Positions 25,029-33,968 of a stretch of 64,000 nucleotides of DNA are shown one piece after another (the stretch's first letter is position 1; every line of letters begins with the position of its first letter). Position numbers and translations under genes: made by a program. The notes under the pieces were generated by a model that saw only the letters and a list, made by a program, of their open reading frames with translations, was not told the DNA's origin and did no database searches. The stretch comes from Dehalococcoidia bacterium (GTDB lineage Bacteria > Chloroflexota > Dehalococcoidia > UBA2979): positions 64,001 through 128,000 of the forward strand of contig OZ244720.1 in NCBI GenBank assembly GCA_965219085.1. Reading direction: 5' to 3'.

Positions 25029-27260
25029 ATGACCACGACGCATGACGTGCTGCAAGGGCTGAACGACGCACAGCGGCGCGCCGTCGAGGTGCCCGACGGG
25101 GCGCTCCTCATCCTCGCCGGACCGGGCTCGGGCAAGACGCGCGTGATCGCGCACCGCATCGCCTACCTGGTGCGCGAGCGCGACGTCGCGCCGTGGCGGG
25201 TGCTGGCCGTGACCTTCACCAACAAGGCCGCCAACGAGATGCGCGAACGCGTCGAGGACCTCCTCGGGGCCGAGGGGCTGGATGTGTCGATGGGCACGTT
25301 CCACTCGTTCTGTGCGCGCGTGCTGCGCCGCGACGGCGACGCGATCGGCATCCCCTCGGACTACGCGATCTACGCCACCGACGACCAGCTCGCCGTGGTG
25401 CGCGAGACCCTGGAGGCGCTGCGCATCGACCCGAAACGCTACGCGCCGCGCGCGGTCCTCTCCGCCATCTCGCGCGCGAAGAACGAGCGCCGCGACGCGG
25501 CCACCACGCTGCGCGAAGCCGGCTCATACTTCGAGGAGATCGTCGGGCGCGTCTTCGAGCGCTACCAGCGCACGCTGCGCGAGTACGGCGCGCTGGACTT
25601 CGACGACCTACTGGGCGAGGCGCTGCGGCTGTTCGAGGAGCACCCCGACGTGCGCGAGCGCTACGGCGACCGCTACCGCCACATTCTCATCGACGAGTTC
25701 CAGGACACGAACCTGACGCAGTACCGGCTCTCCGGCCTGCTGGCCGAGGTGCATGGCAACATCACCGCCGTCGGCGACCCCGACCAGTCGATCTACTCGT
25801 GGCGCGCAGCCGATCTGCGCAACCTGCTGCACTTCGAGCGCGACTTCCCCGACGCGCAGGTCATCCTCCTCGAGCAGAACTACCGCTCGACCGGGCGCAT
25901 CCTGCGCTCGGCCCACGCGGTGATCTCGGAGGCGAAGGACCGACGCGAGCGCTCACTGTGGACCAGCAACCCCGACGGCGACCCGGTGGTCGTCGAGGAG
26001 CTCTTCGACGCCGACGAGGAGGGGCACTTCGTCGCGCTCGAAATCGGGCGGCAGATGCGCGAGCAGCACCGTGAGTTCGCCGACTTCGCGGTGATGTACC
26101 GCACGAATGCGCAGTCGCGCGCCATCGAGGAGGCGTGCATCCAGCAGGGCGTCCGCTACCGCATCGTCGGCGGCACGCGCTTCTACGACCGCCGCGAGGT
26201 ACGCGACCTGTTGGCGTACCTGCGGCTGATCCGCAACCACGCCGACGGCGTGGCGTTCCGCCGGATCGTCAACGTACCGCGCCGAGGCATCGGCGATCGC
26301 AGCATGGAGCGCGTCCGAGCGGCGGCCGAGGAGCTCGAGCTGCCGCTGCTCGCGGTCGCGGCGCGGATCGCGCGCGGCGACGACGACCCGGCGCTGCCAG
26401 CGCTGCGCGGCGATATCCGCCTCGCGCTGCGCGACTTCGTCGCGCTCATCGACCGCCTCACTGCCGCGAGCGAGGAGCAGCCGGTCGCAACGCTGCTCGA
26501 GACCGTGCTTGCCGAGACGCGCTACCACCAGTACCTCGAACGCAACGACGAGGACCACGCCGAGGTGCGCTGGGAGAACGTCCAGGAGCTCATCAACGTC
26601 GCCTCGCAGTACCAGGACCTCGACCCAACGGCCTCGCTCGCCTCGTTCCTCGAGGAGGTCGCGCTGGTCGCCGACGTCGACGATCCCGGGGCCGAGGCGC
26701 CCGACGCCGTGACGCTGACGACGCTCCATGCGGCGAAGGGCCTCGAGTTCCCCGTGGTGTTCATGCCCGGCATGGAGGAGGGGCTGCTGCCGCACTCGCT
26801 CTCGCTCGACGATCCGGCGCAGATGGAGGAGGAGCGGCGCGTCTGCTACGTCGGCATGACCCGCGCGCGCGAGCGCCTCTATCTCACCCACGCACGGCGG
26901 CGCATGCGGCAGGGCCGCTACTCGGGCGCGATCCATTCGCGGTTTCTGGACGACCTTCCGTCCGAAGAGACCGCTCGTGCCCGTGCGGCCCGCCCCACCG
27001 AGACGCCTCGGGAGCGTCGTGCGGCATTCGCCGCGCGCCAGGCCGAGGGCTGGGACAGCGGTGACCCCGGCGGCGACGGGGGCGAGGTGGACGAGCCCCG
27101 CTACTCGCCCGGCGAGCGCGTGCGCCACGCCACGTTCGGCGTCGGCGTCGTCGTCTCGTGCGAGGTCGAGCGCGGCGACCAGCGTGTCACCGTCGCGTTT
27201 GAGGGACAGGGTGTGAAGAAGCTGCTGCTGTCGCTCGCGCCGCTCGAACCGGCCCCGTAG
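25029..27260 (+). CDS. pcrA: ATP-dependent DNA helicase PcrA/UvrD
   Basis: LAGPGSGKTR, VTFTNKAA, IDEFQDTN, VGDPDQSIY, LEQNYRST, TLHAAKGLEF, EERRVCYVGMTRA, C-terminal tudor-like domain. Confidence 0.97.
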   Translation: MTTTHDVLQGLNDAQRRAVEVPDGALLILAGPGSGKTRVIAHRIAYLVRERDVAPWRVLAVTFTNKAANEMRERVEDLLGAEGLDVSMGTFHSFCARVLRRDGDAIGIPSDYAIYATDDQLAVVRETLEALRIDPKRYAPRAVLSAISRAKNERRDAATTLREAGSYFEEIVGRVFERYQRTLREYGALDFDDLLGEALRLFEEHPDVRERYGDRYRHILIDEFQDTNLTQYRLSGLLAEVHGNITAVGDPDQSIYSWRAADLRNLLHFERDFPDAQVILLEQNYRSTGRILRSAHAVISEAKDRRERSLWTSNPDGDPVVVEELFDADEEGHFVALEIGRQMREQHREFADFAVMYRTNAQSRAIEEACIQQGVRYRIVGGTRFYDRREVRDLLAYLRLIRNHADGVAFRRIVNVPRRGIGDRSMERVRAAAEELELPLLAVAARIARGDDDPALPALRGDIRLALRDFVALIDRLTAASEEQPVATLLETVLAETRYHQYLERNDEDHAEVRWENVQELINVASQYQDLDPTASLASFLEEVALVADVDDPGAEAPDAVTLTTLHAAKGLEFPVVFMPGMEEGLLPHSLSLDDPAQMEEERRVCYVGMTRARERLYLTHARRRMRQGRYSGAIHSRFLDDLPSEETARARAARPTETPRERRAAFAARQAEGWDSGDPGGDGGEVDEPRYSPGERVRHATFGVGVVVSCEVERGDQRVTVAFEGQGVKKLLLSLAPLEPAP

Positions 27261-27272
27261 CTCGTCGGACGC

Positions 27273-28109
27273 CTACCCGCCGAGCAGCGCCGTGAGTGCG
27301 TCGTCGTCGACGGCCGCGGCCATCAGCTCGCCGATGCGCTCGACCTTCGTCTCGTGGCCGAACGGCGAGCTGCCGAAGCTGCCCTCGATGTCGCGCACGG
27401 TCTCGACCGTGCCCTCGGGCGCCACGAGCAGCGTCGTGCCGCGCGAGGCAGCGACGCGATCGAGCAGGTACGGGCTCGGCTCGGAGCCACCGCTCAGGAT
27501 CAGGCACACCGGCTCGGTGTGCATCGCCGCGAGCGCCACATCGACCTTCTCGCCGCGCGTGACGACGGCGCTGTCGGGGTAGCGCCCAAAGTAGTCGTCA
27601 CCCCAGACGGGTGCGATGGGGCCGACGACGATGTGCTGGCAGATGGCGGCGTCGCCCTCGGTGGACCGCACGATGACGCGCGCCCGGCTCGCCTCGACGA
27701 GTTGCCCGACCCTCGGCGCGGCGAGCACGCGGTCTTCGGGGATGCGCAGAGGGCCCCGGTCGACGGCGTGCGTCGTTATGTGCAGCGCGCCGCCATCGGG
27801 TGCGTCCGAGCCCTCGCGCCCTACGGTCACGAGTTGCGCGTCGTACTGCGCGGCGAGGGCGCCTGCGTCCGCGTCGGCTGGCGCCTCGACGACCGTCACC
27901 GCGTCGTCGGAGCCGGCGACGCTCGCGGCATCGACCACCTCGGCGAAGTCGAGCATGCCGAGCGTGGCGGCGTCGGCCGCCGCGCGGTCGCCGCCGTCGA
28001 GGCGGGAGACTCGCACTGTGCGGCCGGAGTGCGCGATGCGGTGCGCGAGGCCCACGGCGACCGTGGTCGCACCCGCGCCCGGCGCACCTGCAACGAGGAT
28101 CACTGGCAT
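27273..28109 (-). CDS. DRTGG-domain protein (resembles phosphotransacetylase N-terminal region, degenerate P-loop)
   Basis: GAPGAGATTVAVGL; AVVTRGEKVDVALAA..CLILSGG; no catalytic PTA domain. Confidence 0.7.
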   Translation of the reverse strand: MPVILVAGAPGAGATTVAVGLAHRIAHSGRTVRVSRLDGGDRAAADAATLGMLDFAEVVDAASVAGSDDAVTVVEAPADADAGALAAQYDAQLVTVGREGSDAPDGGALHITTHAVDRGPLRIPEDRVLAAPRVGQLVEASRARVIVRSTEGDAAICQHIVVGPIAPVWGDDYFGRYPDSAVVTRGEKVDVALAAMHTEPVCLILSGGSEPSPYLLDRVAASRGTTLLVAPEGTVETVRDIEGSFGSSPFGHETKVERIGELMAAAVDDDALTALLGG

Positions 28110-28131
28110 GTCACCGTCCGATCGGAATGGT

Positions 28132-28207
28132 TGGTGCCGAGGGGCAGAGTCGAACTGCCGACACCACGATTTTCAGTCGTGTGCTCTACCAACTGAGCTA
28201 CCTCGGC
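28132..28207 (-). tRNA. tRNA-Phe (GAA)
   Basis: GCCGAGGTAGCTCAGTTGGTAGAGCACACGACTGAAAATCGTGGTGTCGGCAGTTCGACTCTGCCCCTCGGCACCA; full cloverleaf with encoded CCA. Confidence 0.98.
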
Positions 28208-28412
28208 GCCTCTTCCGCCACAGCGGGGAGCGCTGCGCCGAGGGCCGCGACGCCTCGCGGCGGAGAGCCCTCGAACGCCCCCTGCCGGAGCGTGGACAGC
28301 GTAGTTTACGGCGATCTCGCGGACAACAGCAGGCCCCGGAAGGCGTACCATGGATCGTGCAACTGCGCGGCTCCCTCGCTCCCGTCCGCCGCGCGCCCGT
28401 GAGGAGTTCGTG

Positions 28413-29069
28413 ATGGTGTGGTTCTACCAGAAGCAGATCGAGATGCCCTCGCCCGAGGAGGCCCTGCAGGGCCGCGAGATGCGGGTCCCGGTGCCCGAGG
28501 CGCACTACGTGAACGGCAACCCGCTCGAGCCGCCGTTCCCCCAGGGGCTCGAGATGGCGCTGTTCGGCATGGGCTGCTTCTGGGGCGCCGAGCGCGTCTT
28601 CTGGCAGGCGCCCGGCGTCTACACCACCTACGTCGGCTACGCCGCCGGGTACACGCCGAACCCGACGTACGAGGAGGTGTGCAGCGGCCGCACCGGCCAC
28701 AACGAGGTCGTCCTCGCGGTCTTCGACCCCGCACAGATCAGCTACGACGAGATGCTGAAGCTGTTCTGGGAGAACCACGACCCGACACAAGGCATGCGCC
28801 AGGGCGCCGACACCGGCACGCAGTACCGCTCCGGCATCTACTGCTACTCGCCGGAGCAGCTCGAGGCGGCCGAGCGCACGCGCGACATGTTCCAGCCGGT
28901 GCTGAGCGGCCACCGCTACGGCCCGATCACGACCGAGATCATCGACGCGCCGGAGTTCTACTATGCCGAGGACTACCACCAGCAGTACCTGGCGAAGGTG
29001 CCGAACGGCTACTGCGGCCTCGGCGGCACCGGGCTGAGCTGTCCCGTCGGCGTGGCCGAGATGGGGTAG
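28413..29069 (+). CDS. msrA: Peptide-methionine (S)-S-oxide reductase
   Basis: [36 protein letters not shown]. Confidence 0.97.
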   Translation: MVWFYQKQIEMPSPEEALQGREMRVPVPEAHYVNGNPLEPPFPQGLEMALFGMGCFWGAERVFWQAPGVYTTYVGYAAGYTPNPTYEEVCSGRTGHNEVVLAVFDPAQISYDEMLKLFWENHDPTQGMRQGADTGTQYRSGIYCYSPEQLEAAERTRDMFQPVLSGHRYGPITTEIIDAPEFYYAEDYHQQYLAKVPNGYCGLGGTGLSCPVGVAEMG

Positions 29070-29109
29070 GCGGCTCCCGCTCTCTCGCGACGCTTGGTAG
29101 ACTGCACGC

Positions 29110-29130
29110 AGTGATTGCGTTGCAATCACT
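29110..29130. promoter_or_regulatory. Palindromic operator, probable TA autoregulation site
   Basis: AGTGATTGC-GTT-GCAATCACT perfect 9-bp inverted repeat between a TAGACT -10-like hexamer and the antitoxin start. Confidence 0.7.
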
Positions 29131-29165
29131 TACGTGAATCGCCAATCGGCACGAGAGGGCGCACC

Positions 29166-29420
29166 GTGGCCAGCATCACCATCCGCAACCTCGACGAGGG
29201 GCTGAAGCAGCGGCTGCGCGTGCGCGCGGCTGAGCGCGGCCACTCGATGGAGCAAGAGGCGCGAGACATCCTGCGTGCAGCGCTGGCACGGCCACCACAG
29301 ACCGGCGAGGAGCTGTACCGCGCGATTCGCGCCCGCGTCGAGCCCATCGGCGGCATCGAACTGGACGAACTGGAGATACCGCCGCGCGGTCCGATGCGCG
29401 AACCGCCCCGATTCGACTGA
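29166..29420 (+). CDS. FitA-like ribbon-helix-helix antitoxin
   Basis: ASITIRNLDEGLKQRLRVRAAERGHSMEQEARDIL. Confidence 0.9.
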   Translation: MASITIRNLDEGLKQRLRVRAAERGHSMEQEARDILRAALARPPQTGEELYRAIRARVEPIGGIELDELEIPPRGPMREPPRFD

Positions 29421-29431
29421 GCGCACGACTG

Positions 29432-29851
29432 ATGATCGTCCTCGACACGAATGTCGTGTCGGAATTGTTGCGTCCCGTCCCAACGCCGCACGTCGTCGAC
29501 TGGTACGTCGGCCAGGCAGCGCCCGACGCATTTGTCTCCGCCGTGACAGAGGCAGAACTTCGCTACGGCGTCGCGATCATGCCGGCTGGCCGAAGGCGCG
29601 ACAGCCTTGCGACCACCATCCAGGGACTGCTGGAGCGTGAGTTCGCCGGGCGCATCCTGTCCTTCAACAGCTCCGCCGCAAAGGCATACGCGACCATTGC
29701 AGCCGAGCGACGGTCGGCGGGCCGGCCGATCGAGCCCGCGGACTGCCAGATCGCCGCGATCGCTCGCTCCCTCGGCGCCTCGGTCGCAACGCGCGACACG
29801 CGCGGCTTCGAGGGCTGCGGCGTCGACGTCATCGACCCCTGGGCCGACTGA
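29432..29851 (+). CDS. vapC: VapC/FitB PIN-domain toxin
   Basis: MIVLDTNVVSEL, AELRYG, DCQIAAIA, ATRDTRGF. Confidence 0.93.
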   Translation: MIVLDTNVVSELLRPVPTPHVVDWYVGQAAPDAFVSAVTEAELRYGVAIMPAGRRRDSLATTIQGLLEREFAGRILSFNSSAAKAYATIAAERRSAGRPIEPADCQIAAIARSLGASVATRDTRGFEGCGVDVIDPWAD

Positions 29852-29852
29852 G

Positions 29853-30836
29853 CTACGGCGCGAGCGCCTCGGCGACGCGCTCGAAGTCCGGGAGACGCGG
29901 CAGCAGCAGCGGACGGTCCACGCCCGCCTCCATGTACTCCTCGACGCGCTTGCGGATGCGGCCTGCGTCGCCCACGAGCGTGCACGCCTCGGCGACCTCA
30001 TCGCTGACGAGCCGCACGCCCGCCTCGCGGTCGCCGGCGGCGTCAGCCGCGCGGAGCGCGTCGATGTCGCCGAGGTCAACGCCGCCGCGTTCCACCATCA
30101 GCTCACCGACGTGCGGCTCGGCCATGATGCCGGCGAGGCGACCGCGCAGCTGCGGCAGCATCGAGGCGGTGTCGTCGGTGAGCCGCACGACGAGCATGCA
30201 GGCTATGTCGACTGCGTCCGGATCCCGCCCTGCCTCCTCGGCGCCCGCGCGCACCTCGGCTACCGCGTAGCGCACGTACTCGGCCGGAACGTACGCGTTC
30301 AGCAGCACACCGTCGGCGACGGCGCCCGCGAGACGGAGCGCCCGCGGCCCGATCGCGGCGAGGTAGATCGGCGGCGGCCGCACCGGCGTCACGGCGAGCC
30401 GCGCATTGCGCAGCACGGAGCGGCCATCGGGCTCGTCGACGGTCTCGCCCGCGAGCAAGCGGCGGATGACGCCGACCGCGTCGGCGAGGGTTTCGCGCGG
30501 GCGGGCATAAGGGATGCCAAACGTGCCTTCGATGACGCCGGGGTCGCTGCGGCCAAGGCCGAGCAGCAGCCGCCCGCCCGCGAGCCGGTCGACGGTCGCC
30601 GCGGCCATCGCGACCAGCCCCGGGTGCCGCGTGTACGGGTTCACGACGCCGACACCGAGCTCGATGCGCTCCGTCGCGGCGGCGAGGAAGCCGAGCAGCG
30701 AGAACGTCTCCTCCTGGAAGTAGCGCTCCGTCACCCACAGCGAATCGAAGCCGCGCTCCTCGGCGAGCCGGGCGCGCCGCGCGAGCTCCGCGCCTCCCTC
30801 GATGCCGTGGTGCAGGACCATCCCGAGCCGCGCCAT
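29853..30836 (-). CDS. LLM-class (probably F420-dependent, Mer-like) oxidoreductase
   Basis: AEERGFDSLWVTE, GVVNPYTRHP, GRLLLGLG, PIYLAAIGP..AGAVADG. Confidence 0.85.
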   Translation of the reverse strand: MARLGMVLHHGIEGGAELARRARLAEERGFDSLWVTERYFQEETFSLLGFLAAATERIELGVGVVNPYTRHPGLVAMAAATVDRLAGGRLLLGLGRSDPGVIEGTFGIPYARPRETLADAVGVIRRLLAGETVDEPDGRSVLRNARLAVTPVRPPPIYLAAIGPRALRLAGAVADGVLLNAYVPAEYVRYAVAEVRAGAEEAGRDPDAVDIACMLVVRLTDDTASMLPQLRGRLAGIMAEPHVGELMVERGGVDLGDIDALRAADAAGDREAGVRLVSDEVAEACTLVGDAGRIRKRVEEYMEAGVDRPLLLPRLPDFERVAEALAP

Positions 30837-30910
30837 GCCGCCTCCCGCCGAGCGCCCGCAGCGTCCGGCAGGCCGGGCCGCGCGTCAACGCTGCGCGACG
30901 CTTCGAGGCG

Positions 30911-31513
30911 TCAGCGGCGGATGAGACTGCCGCCGACGTCGGGTGACGGACGGTCAAAGGGCTCGTAGTCCGCGCTTGGGCGGCCGAGCGCGACGAGCGC
31001 CTGCGGGCGCCACCCTTCGGGCAGGTCGAGCGCCTCGCGCACGGCGTCCTGCGCGTACAGCGGCGCCGCCATCCAGTACGCGCCGAGGCCGCGCGCGCTG
31101 GCCTCCAGCAGCAGGTTCTGTAGCGCCGCTCCGAACGAGTGCGCAGCCATCGTCCACTCCGCGCGGTCGCGCCGCTCGTCTGGGTACGAGGCGAGCCCGT
31201 CGCCGACGATGCAGCCGAGCAGCAGCGTCGGGGCGCCCTCGACGCGGCGGCGCGAACGTTCGAGCGCGCGCGCCTGCTGCGCCTCCGGAACGCCGTCGGC
31301 GGTCATGTCGGCGCGCCAGGCCTCGCCCATCGCCTCGGCGAGCGCCGCCCGCCGCGCGGGCGTCACCTCGGCGAAGCGCCACGGCCGCGTGTGGTGCGGC
31401 GCCGGCGCGAGCAGTGCGAGCTCGACCAGCGCCTCGACCTCCTCGGCGGACAGCGGCGGGCCGTCGAGGCCGCGGATCGAGCGGCGCGCCCGGATCGCGT
31501 CGGCGAGGCTCAC
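30911..31513 (-). CDS. Nitroreductase family protein, stand-alone FbiB C-terminal-like
   Basis: RRSIR, APAPHHTRPWRF, GAALQNLLL, P.GW.PQALVALG. Confidence 0.8.
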   Translation of the reverse strand: MSLADAIRARRSIRGLDGPPLSAEEVEALVELALLAPAPHHTRPWRFAEVTPARRAALAEAMGEAWRADMTADGVPEAQQARALERSRRRVEGAPTLLLGCIVGDGLASYPDERRDRAEWTMAAHSFGAALQNLLLEASARGLGAYWMAAPLYAQDAVREALDLPEGWRPQALVALGRPSADYEPFDRPSPDVGGSLIRR

Positions 31514-31638
31514 CTGACCGCCTCGAGAGCGGGGACGTTGGATGTACGCATGGCGTGAATCTACACCGCCGAGGAGTCCTCGACCCGCGCGGCTGGTACG
31601 ATGCGCGCCGTCGCGATCACATGCATCGAGGAGCGCTC

Positions 31639-32070
31639 GTGCCCGTACCTGATCTGCAAGAGTGGCTCGGTAACTGGGAGAAGCCGGAGCACCGCAACCT
31701 GGGGCTGCGCGGCCACCACATCGAGTCCGGCTATGCCAGCTTCGTCGTCGAGCGCCCCGAGGGCGCCGACGACCTGCTGCTGCGCAGCGCGATCGTCACC
31801 GCTGCCGACATCGCGGCGATCTCGGCCGTGCGTGCGCGCCTCGACGACACGCAGATGGCGAATGGCACCGCCGAGCTGCACTTCTCGTTCATCGGCCCGC
31901 CGCCCGAGGTGAGCACCGTGGATGCGCGCGTCATCCACTGGTCGGACTACACGGCTCACCTCCAGATGGAGGCTCGCACGCCGGACGGCGAGCTGGCGGC
32001 GACCGGCCTCACCACCTACTCGCTGCGCCCGGTACCGCCGGGTGGCACACCAGATAGCGGCCGGTGGTGA
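31639..32070 (+). CDS. PaaI-like hotdog-fold protein
   Basis: AADIAA..NGTAELHFSF..ARVIH..GELAATG; GAGGAG upstream of GTG. Confidence 0.65.
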   Translation: MPVPDLQEWLGNWEKPEHRNLGLRGHHIESGYASFVVERPEGADDLLLRSAIVTAADIAAISAVRARLDDTQMANGTAELHFSFIGPPPEVSTVDARVIHWSDYTAHLQMEARTPDGELAATGLTTYSLRPVPPGGTPDSGRW

Positions 32071-32525
32071 GCGGCGTGTCACCCGAACCGCGCTGGCCCG
32101 CCGAGCCGCTCGAAGCGGTCGCTGCGTACTGGGAGCAGCAGCCCCTGTACGCGATGTTCGGCATCGAGCTCGAGGCGCTCGAGGAGGGCTACGCGCGCAT
32201 CGGCGTCGAGCGCGACCGCGTGCCGCTGCGCGGCGTGCGCGACTCGCTCAACGGTGGTGTCGTGGCCTCGCTCGGCGAGGCCGCCGCGCAGCTATGCCTG
32301 ACGACCCAGCTCAGGCCCGACGAGGTGCTGGGCGTGACGCACGAGGTGAGCGTCTCCTACCTGACCTCGGCGCGCGGCGAGCACACCGTGGCCGAGGCGC
32401 GCCTGCTGCGCCGCGGCGGGCGCATCGCCGTCGCCGACGTCGAGCTGCGCGACACGACAGACGGCGCGATCAACGCCAAGATCCGCGTCTCGATGGGCAT
32501 CGACCGCGTCGAGGCGAGCACGTAG
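32064..32525 (+). CDS. PaaI-family thioesterase
   Basis: LNGGVVASLGE, VSVSYL, AEARLLRRGGRIAVADV. Confidence 0.8.
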   Translation: MVSGVSPEPRWPAEPLEAVAAYWEQQPLYAMFGIELEALEEGYARIGVERDRVPLRGVRDSLNGGVVASLGEAAAQLCLTTQLRPDEVLGVTHEVSVSYLTSARGEHTVAEARLLRRGGRIAVADVELRDTTDGAINAKIRVSMGIDRVEAST

Positions 32526-32606
32526 ACCCCTCGCCCCGTCCGACACCGCGCGGGCGGTAGCGGCGGCCATGCGGTACGCTTTCCCCATAACGTGGAAGGT
32601 GGGCGC

Positions 32607-33428
32607 ATGCCCCGCTACCTGATCGTCGCCGACCAGACCGTCACCAGCCCGGACCTCGTCGCGCGCGCCTCGCAACTCGCGCGCGCCGAGCCCGACTCCA
32701 CGTTCTCGCTGCTCCTGCCCGCCCTCCTGCCCTCGCACATCCGCGGCGGGCCGTTCGACGCGGTCACGCGCGGCCGCGCCGAGCAGGCGAAGCGGCTGCT
32801 CGCCGCCGCCGGCATCGAGGTGGGCCGCACGGCCGTCGGCGACGCCGCGCCGCTGCTCGCGATCGAGGACGAGCTCACCGAGCATCCTGACGCGTACGAC
32901 ACGATCATCCTCTGCACCCTGCCGGAGGGCATCTCGCGCTGGCTGCGCATGAACGTCCACCGCGACGCGGCCGAGCGCTTCGGCCTGCCCCTCGTCCACG
33001 TCGAGGCACGCATCGCGACGCGGCTCGAGTTCCGCCGCGCGACGCTGCACGACCACGAACGCATCCAGGCGCTGTGGGACGAGTCGCGCCTCGACACCGT
33101 CGACGAGCACGAGTGGGACACGCTCATCACGAGCCCGGGCGCGATCGTGCTGGTGGCCGAGGAAGAGGGCGCGCTCGTCGGCGCGATCGTCGGCACCTTC
33201 GACGGGTGGCGGGCGTACGTCTACCACGTGGCCGTCGTGCCCGGCCGGCGTCGGCGTGGCGTCGCCAAGGCGCTGTTCGAGGAGGCGCAGGCGCACCTCG
33301 CGTACGAGGGCAACCGCATCGTCTACGTGATGGTGAACGAGGAGAACGAGGGCGGCATGGCCCTGCTGCACTCGCTCGGCTACCGCCAGCAGGGCGACAT
33401 CGTGATGGTCACCGAGATCGGCGAGTAG
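32607..33428 (+). CDS. Fusion of USP-like domain and GNAT acetyltransferase
   Basis: YLIVADQT..VGDAAPLLAIED..IILCTLP..SRWL..LPLVHV, then GTFDGWRAYVYHVAV.P..RRRGVA. Confidence 0.75.
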   Translation: MPRYLIVADQTVTSPDLVARASQLARAEPDSTFSLLLPALLPSHIRGGPFDAVTRGRAEQAKRLLAAAGIEVGRTAVGDAAPLLAIEDELTEHPDAYDTIILCTLPEGISRWLRMNVHRDAAERFGLPLVHVEARIATRLEFRRATLHDHERIQALWDESRLDTVDEHEWDTLITSPGAIVLVAEEEGALVGAIVGTFDGWRAYVYHVAVVPGRRRRGVAKALFEEAQAHLAYEGNRIVYVMVNEENEGGMALLHSLGYRQQGDIVMVTEIGE

Positions 33429-33479
33429 CCAGCGTCGAGGCCCGTCGCACGCCGCCCTGCGAACCACCTGCGACGCAGC

Positions 33480-33839
33480 CTACTGGCGCGCGAGCGTCTG
33501 CCCGAGCCACACCGCCGCGAGCGCCCCCGTCACGCTCAGCACGACGTTGAGCGCGACGTACGTCCACTCGCCGTCCTGCGCGAGCCGCAGCGTCTCCAGG
33601 CTGAACGTCGAGAACGTGGTGTACGAGCCGAGCAGGCCGACGAGCAGCGCGGTGCGCAGCTCGGCGGGCATCCCCGTGCGCTCGACGAGGAACGTCGCAA
33701 GGAAGCCGATGGCGAAGGAGCCGGTGACGTTCACGGTGAGCGTGGCGGCCGGGAACGTCTCGGGCTGCACGGCGCGGCCGACGCCGTAGCGCAGGAGCGC
33801 CCCGGCCGCACCAGCCACCGCGATCAGCGCGAGTTGCAC
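33480..33839 (-). CDS. crcB: Fluoride channel Fluc/CrcB
   Basis: GAAGALLRY, FP.ATLTVNV.GSF, GLLGSYTTFSTFSLE. Confidence 0.96.
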   Translation of the reverse strand: MQLALIAVAGAAGALLRYGVGRAVQPETFPAATLTVNVTGSFAIGFLATFLVERTGMPAELRTALLVGLLGSYTTFSTFSLETLRLAQDGEWTYVALNVVLSVTGALAAVWLGQTLARQ

Positions 33840-33881
33840 ATCGCCACGCTACGAGGCGCGTGGCGTTTGGGCCAGCGGGCG
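33807..33881 (+). repeat. Direct repeat, copy 1: crcB promoter region and first 11 codons
   Basis: 69/75 nt identical to 35290-35364. Confidence 0.92.
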
Positions 33882-33968
33882 TGGGGCATGGGTCGGGTGG
33901 GGGTTGCAAACCCATTCGGAGATCCGTAGAGTCGCCGCTTTCCTCCGCGCGTGTGGGGGAGGTGAGCA

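Noticed and set aside
29070-29880. Gene-end duplication around the TA module
   Set aside because: Only patchy similarity to the LLM gene end; no alignable repeat.
33840-33968. Fluoride riboswitch upstream of crcB
   Set aside because: No GGCGATGG..TTCGCC / GCTGATGAC.CCT consensus at either repeat copy; the gene appears leaderless.
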